A DNA stretch of 64,000 bases, taken from assembly GCA_963736755.1 (NCBI GenBank), contig CAVTQE010000023.1, positions 9,822 to 73,821 on the forward strand, read 5' to 3'. A model generated the notes under the pieces. That model was given only the letters and a program-made list of their open reading frames with translations, was not told the DNA's origin and did no database searches. Numbering within the stretch: position 1 is the first letter of the stretch; each line of letters begins with the position of its first letter. Position numbers and translations under genes: made by a program. Shown here one piece after another: positions 61,024-64,000 of this stretch. The stretch comes from an uncultured delta proteobacterium (lineage in GTDB: Bacteria; Desulfobacterota; WTBG01; JAGOGO01).

Positions 61024-61111
61024 CCAAAGAGACTAAAGAAACCAGAGAAACCAGATAAACCAGATAAACCAGATAAACCAGAGAAACCAAATAAACCAGA
61101 GAAACCAAACA
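61022..61111 (+). repeat. 9-nt tandem repeat (aaccagaga/aaccagata), about 10 units, starting at the stop codon of copy 4
   Basis: Eight clean units at 61040-61111 plus two degenerate units. In frame with the ORF they would read KPEKPDKPDKPDKPEKPNKPEKPNK. Confidence 0.85.
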
Positions 61112-61233
61112 AACGTTTCACGTTTTACTTTAACCCTTTATCCTTTTAATTATTCACTCATTCACTTATTTACTTATTTACTTATTAACTTATTAACTCA
61201 TTAACTCATTTACTTTTTAATGTAGTTAAATCT
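61112..61233. repeat. Word block (H, T-complement, L words)
   Basis: acgtttcacgttttactttaaccctttatcc...ttcactcattcacttatttacttatttacttattaacttattaactcattaactcatttac. Confidence 0.7.
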
Positions 61234-61734
61234 ATGGGAAAATCCTGGTTTGTCGTCCACACCAAACCCAGTCAGGAAGAAAACGTGGCCATGCATCTTA
61301 AGCGCAAGGGGATCGAGACCTACCTGCCCAAGATTGAGACCTGCGTTTATAACGGCCTAAAAAAAATTAAAAAGACCAAGTCACTTTTTCCCAATTATCT
61401 TTTTGCCGGGTGCGAAAGAAAAAACATCACTCAGGTCTGCTGGACCAGGGGAGTAAAAAAAGTGCTTTGGGAAAACAACGCTCCCCAGCCCATCAACGAT
61501 GAACTGATTTTCTCACTTAAGTCTTTAACTGGCGATGACGGTTTGATCCGCCCTCCACAATGGGACACGTACCAAAAGCATGATCTGGTTTTGATTACCT
61601 CCGGTCCTTTCAAGGACCTCTACGCCCTCTTTGACCATTGGGAGTCGGATAAGGAGAGGGTCTGTTTACTGCTCAAGCTTTTAAATGCCCAGATCCGGGT
61701 TACTGTGCCAGCGGCTCTCGTGGCAATAGCGTAA
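61234..61734 (+). CDS. NusG-family paralog (RfaH/UpxY-like operon-specific antiterminator)
   Basis: WFVVHTKPSQEENVAMHLKRKGIETYLPKI (NGN domain) and a KOW-like C-terminus (DLVLITSGPFKDLYALF). Confidence 0.8.
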   Translation: MGKSWFVVHTKPSQEENVAMHLKRKGIETYLPKIETCVYNGLKKIKKTKSLFPNYLFAGCERKNITQVCWTRGVKKVLWENNAPQPINDELIFSLKSLTGDDGLIRPPQWDTYQKHDLVLITSGPFKDLYALFDHWESDKERVCLLLKLLNAQIRVTVPAALVAIA

Positions 61735-61841
61735 CGGCGCCATGCGCCGGATATCGTGAATCGTAAGGCGTGAAAAGTGAGGAGCAACATTTAACGTTTT
61801 ACATTTTACGTTTTACGTTTTACGTCTAACGGAGTTTAGGG
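61735..61841. repeat. Word-hairpin block containing an inverted copy of the core element
   Basis: cgtgaatcgtaaggcgtgaaaagtgaggagcaacatttaacgttttacattttacgttttacgttttacg. Confidence 0.7.
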
Positions 61842-62201
61842 ATGTTAAACAAACCTCATAAAAAACTGGATGTATGGAAAAAGGCAATCGATTTGGTGCA
61901 GCAGATATATGATCTGACAAAAACTTTCCCGAAAAATGAAGATTACAGCCTAACCAGCCAAATGAGAAGAGCTGCGATATCAGTACCCTCTAACATAGCG
62001 GAAGGAGCAGCGCGGCAAACCAAAAAAGAATTCATGCAATTTCTTCATATGGCACAAGGTTCGCTGAGCGAATTGGATACACAGATAGAAATAGCAAAAA
62101 GATTAGGATATTTCAGTGAGGATCAAACCAAAAAAATATTCGAGATTATGCAAGATGTTGATAGGATGTTAAGTGGTCTCATTAAGTCATTAAAGAAATA
62201 A
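61842..62201 (+). CDS. Four-helix-bundle protein, 23S rRNA IVS protein / Avd-like family (copy 5)
   Basis: ...QMRRAAISVPSNIAEGAARQTKKEFMQFLHMAQGSLSELDTQ... Confidence 0.85.
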   Translation: MLNKPHKKLDVWKKAIDLVQQIYDLTKTFPKNEDYSLTSQMRRAAISVPSNIAEGAARQTKKEFMQFLHMAQGSLSELDTQIEIAKRLGYFSEDQTKKIFEIMQDVDRMLSGLIKSLKK

Positions 62202-62300
62202 CTTTTCACTTTTCACTTTTCACGTTTTACGTTTTACGGTTTTTAACGCTTTTCACATTTTACTAATTTACTTTTCACTTTTTAACTTATTAACCCTTTT
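62202..62300. repeat. Word block (H and L words)
   Basis: cttttcacttttcacttttcacgttttacgttttacgg...cttttcacattttactaatttacttttcactttttaacttattaaccc. Confidence 0.7.
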
Positions 62301-62399
62301 TTTAACAAATTCATTTACAACTCCTGAAGGTTTTTTACAAACCTGACCGGGCGGAGCCTGCCCCGCGCCTTACAACAAAAGAAAGAAACAAGATTCGAG

Positions 62400-62482
62400 G
62401 CACAAGGAACGAGAATAATCGTAAAAAGTAAACAGTAAAAGGTAAACAGTAAAAACTAAAGACTGATACCAAAAAGTAAAAG
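62400..62482. repeat. Word block 5' of four-helix copy 6 (paralogous to 59441-59504)
   Basis: cgtaaaaagtaaacagtaaaaggtaaacagtaaaaactaaagactgataccaaaaagtaaaag. Confidence 0.75.
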
Positions 62483-62637
62483 ATGGATTCGAGACAACAT
62501 AGAAAATTAGACGTCTGGAAAAGGTCAATGGAGTACGTAAGAGAAATTTATGAGCTTACCGAGTCTTTCCCCAAATCAGAGGTCTATGGTTTGCGCTCGC
62601 AAATGCGTCGAACGGTTGTATCAATACCCAGCAATCT

Positions 62638-62924
62638 TCACCCTGTTAAATAGCTTGAAGTAAGAATGCATTATTATACATATGTCCTACAAAGCATGAA
62701 TGATATGAATTTCTATACAGGGTATACAAAAAACCTCAAACTAAGATTTGAGCACCACAATAAAGGCCTTGTTGAGTCGACAAAAGACAGAAGACCATTC
62801 AAATTGATTTATTATGAAGCATGTCTGAATCAGAATGATGCAATAAAACGAGAAAAGTATTTAAAAACATACCATGGTAAGATGTTTTTGTATAAAAGGC
62901 TCAAATCTTATTTAACCGGGTAAA
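62638..62924 (+). mobile_element. 287-nt insertion carrying a GIY-YIG nuclease ORF, bounded by 12-nt imperfect terminal inverted repeats
   Basis: ccctgttaaata (62641-62652) versus tatttaaccggg (62909-62920), 11/12 complementary. It replaces 4 nt (g gca) of the NLAEG motif. Confidence 0.75.
62666..62923 (+). CDS. Small GIY-YIG nuclease family protein
   Basis: YYTYVLQS...FYTGYTKNLKLRFEHHNKG...FKLIYYEAC...AIKREKYLK (GIY...YIG, conserved Arg and Glu); 85 aa. Confidence 0.9.
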   Translation: MHYYTYVLQSMNDMNFYTGYTKNLKLRFEHHNKGLVESTKDRRPFKLIYYEACLNQNDAIKREKYLKTYHGKMFLYKRLKSYLTG

Positions 62925-63189
62925 GAAGGTTCCGGCAGTACCTCAAAGAAAGAATTTATACAATTTCTTAATATCGCAAGGCGATCAACCTTCGAAAATG
63001 CAAATATGATTATCGTGTTTGAGAAACGGAGTCTAATAATGTGAGTTAAGAGACGAGCTATTGATTAGACCTTGAGCAGGAGTTCGGATGCACACTAATT
63101 TTATAAAAGCTGTTACGGGAAAACTAACCCCTTGCTCCGTGATCACTGACAGCTGGGAAAAGGGCTCATTCCAAGCTCCATGCTCCATG

Positions 63190-63328
63190 CCCCATGCTTT
63201 TTAACGTTTACGTTTCACGTTTTACATTTAACGTTTCACGTTTCACTTTTCACGTTTCACTTTTCACGGTCTTTTCACCTTTCACTTTTCACGGTCTTTT
63301 CACCTTTCACTTTTTTCGGAGCTAACCC
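63190..63328. repeat. Word block (H words, single polarity)
   Basis: aacgtttacgtttcacgttttacatttaacgtttcacgtttcacttttcacgtttcacttttcacggtcttttcacctttcacttttcacgg... Confidence 0.7.
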
Positions 63329-64000
63329 ATGAGTAAAAGAATTTTGGTCACCGGCGGCGCCGGTTTCTTAGGCTCGCATTTGTGCGAAGCTCTTTTAAAA
63401 CAAAAGCACGAGGTCATCTGTATTGACAACTTTTTTACCGGCCGGAGAGCCAATATCGCCCATTCTGGTGCCCAATCCCCTTTTTGAAATTTTAAGACAC
63501 GATATTACTTTTCCCCTGTATGTCGAGGCAGACGAAATCTATAACCTTGCCTGTCCGGCAAGTCCGATCCATTACCAGTTCGACCCGGTGCAGACCACCA
63601 AGACCTCAGTCCATGGCGCTATTAATATGCTCGGCCTCGCCAAACGATTAAAGGTCAAAATCCTTCAGGCCTCAACCTCAGAAGTCTATGGCGACCCCAC
63701 CATTCATCCCCAGCCGGAATCGTACTGGGGAAATGTAAATTCTATTGGCCATCGGTCCTGTTACGACGAAGGGAAGCGGTGCGCTGAAACCCTTTTCTTT
63801 GATTATTACCGCCAGCACAACCTGAAGATAAAAGTTGCCCGCATCTTTAATACCTATGGCCCCCGCATGCTCCCGGATGATGGCCGGGTGGTGAGTAACT
63901 TTATCGTGCAGGCGTTAAAAGGAGAGAATATTACCGTCTATGGCGATGGAAGCCAGACCAGAAGCTTTTGTTATGTTGATGAAATGATCGAAGGACTTAT
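63329..64000 (+). CDS. UDP-glucuronate decarboxylase (UDP-xylose synthase), 3' end beyond the window, frame break near 63470
   Basis: [20 protein letters not shown]...DNFFTGR..., then [35 protein letters not shown]...YDEGKR...[12 protein letters not shown] in the second frame. Confidence 0.85.

Larger units (their letters stand above)
62483..63044 (+). pseudogene. Four-helix-bundle gene (copy 6, close paralog of copy 3) split by a GIY-YIG mini-element
   Basis: N part MDSRQHRKLDVWKRSMEYVREIYELTESFPKSEVYGLRSQMRRTVVSIPSNL (to 62637). C part EGSGSTSKKEFIQFLNIARRSTFENANMIIVFEKRSLIM* (62925-63044). Confidence 0.8.

Noticed and set aside
61022-61111. Possible CRISPR array or other spacer-repeat structure
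   Set aside because: The period is only 9 nt with no unique spacers and no cas genes in the window; it is a simple tandem repeat.
50211-63044. Diversity-generating retroelement, because Avd-like four-helix-bundle genes are present
   Set aside because: No reverse transcriptase ORF and no template/variable repeat pair with adenine-specific differences is visible in the window.

Overview
About 43% GC bacterial (Gram-negative, probably anaerobic) chromosome segment; I cannot assign the organism. From left to right the window contains these blocks. (1) 0-8 kb: a cytoplasmic molybdopterin oxidoreductase operon (alpha, MoaD-like, FeS, NrfD-like) and an enoate-reductase/ferredoxin/VOC operon. (2) 8-15 kb: a pentapeptide-repeat gene, decayed glycosyltransferase and O-antigen-ligase genes, and LPS heptose genes (adenylyltransferase, kinase, heptosyltransferase). 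(3) 15-33 kb: housekeeping genes (rnc, der, ABC-F, purQ, purL, purN-like, purM), interrupted by an integrase remnant with GC-rich cargo. (4) 34-48 kb: an accessory region. It starts at tRNA-Pro(GGG), whose 3' 48 nt recur at 41165. It carries a sugar/radical-SAM cassette, IS200-like and IS1595-like remnants, an OMP gene with an internal 188-bp tandem duplication, and a GC-rich RiPP-like operon of precursor, PqqD, rSAM/SPASM, HPr-kinase-like and S26 peptidase. (5) 48-64 kb: a Wza/Wzc-type polysaccharide locus. Seven loci of the four-helix-bundle (23S rRNA intervening-sequence protein / Avd-like) family are interleaved with it. One of these is split by a GIY-YIG mini-element. From 20.5 kb onward, intergenic gaps and several CDS interiors are filled by low-complexity hairpin blocks built from roughly 7-nt words. 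Caveat: many conserved genes carry 1-nt frame breaks, some in homopolymer runs, so indel errors in the assembly are likely.
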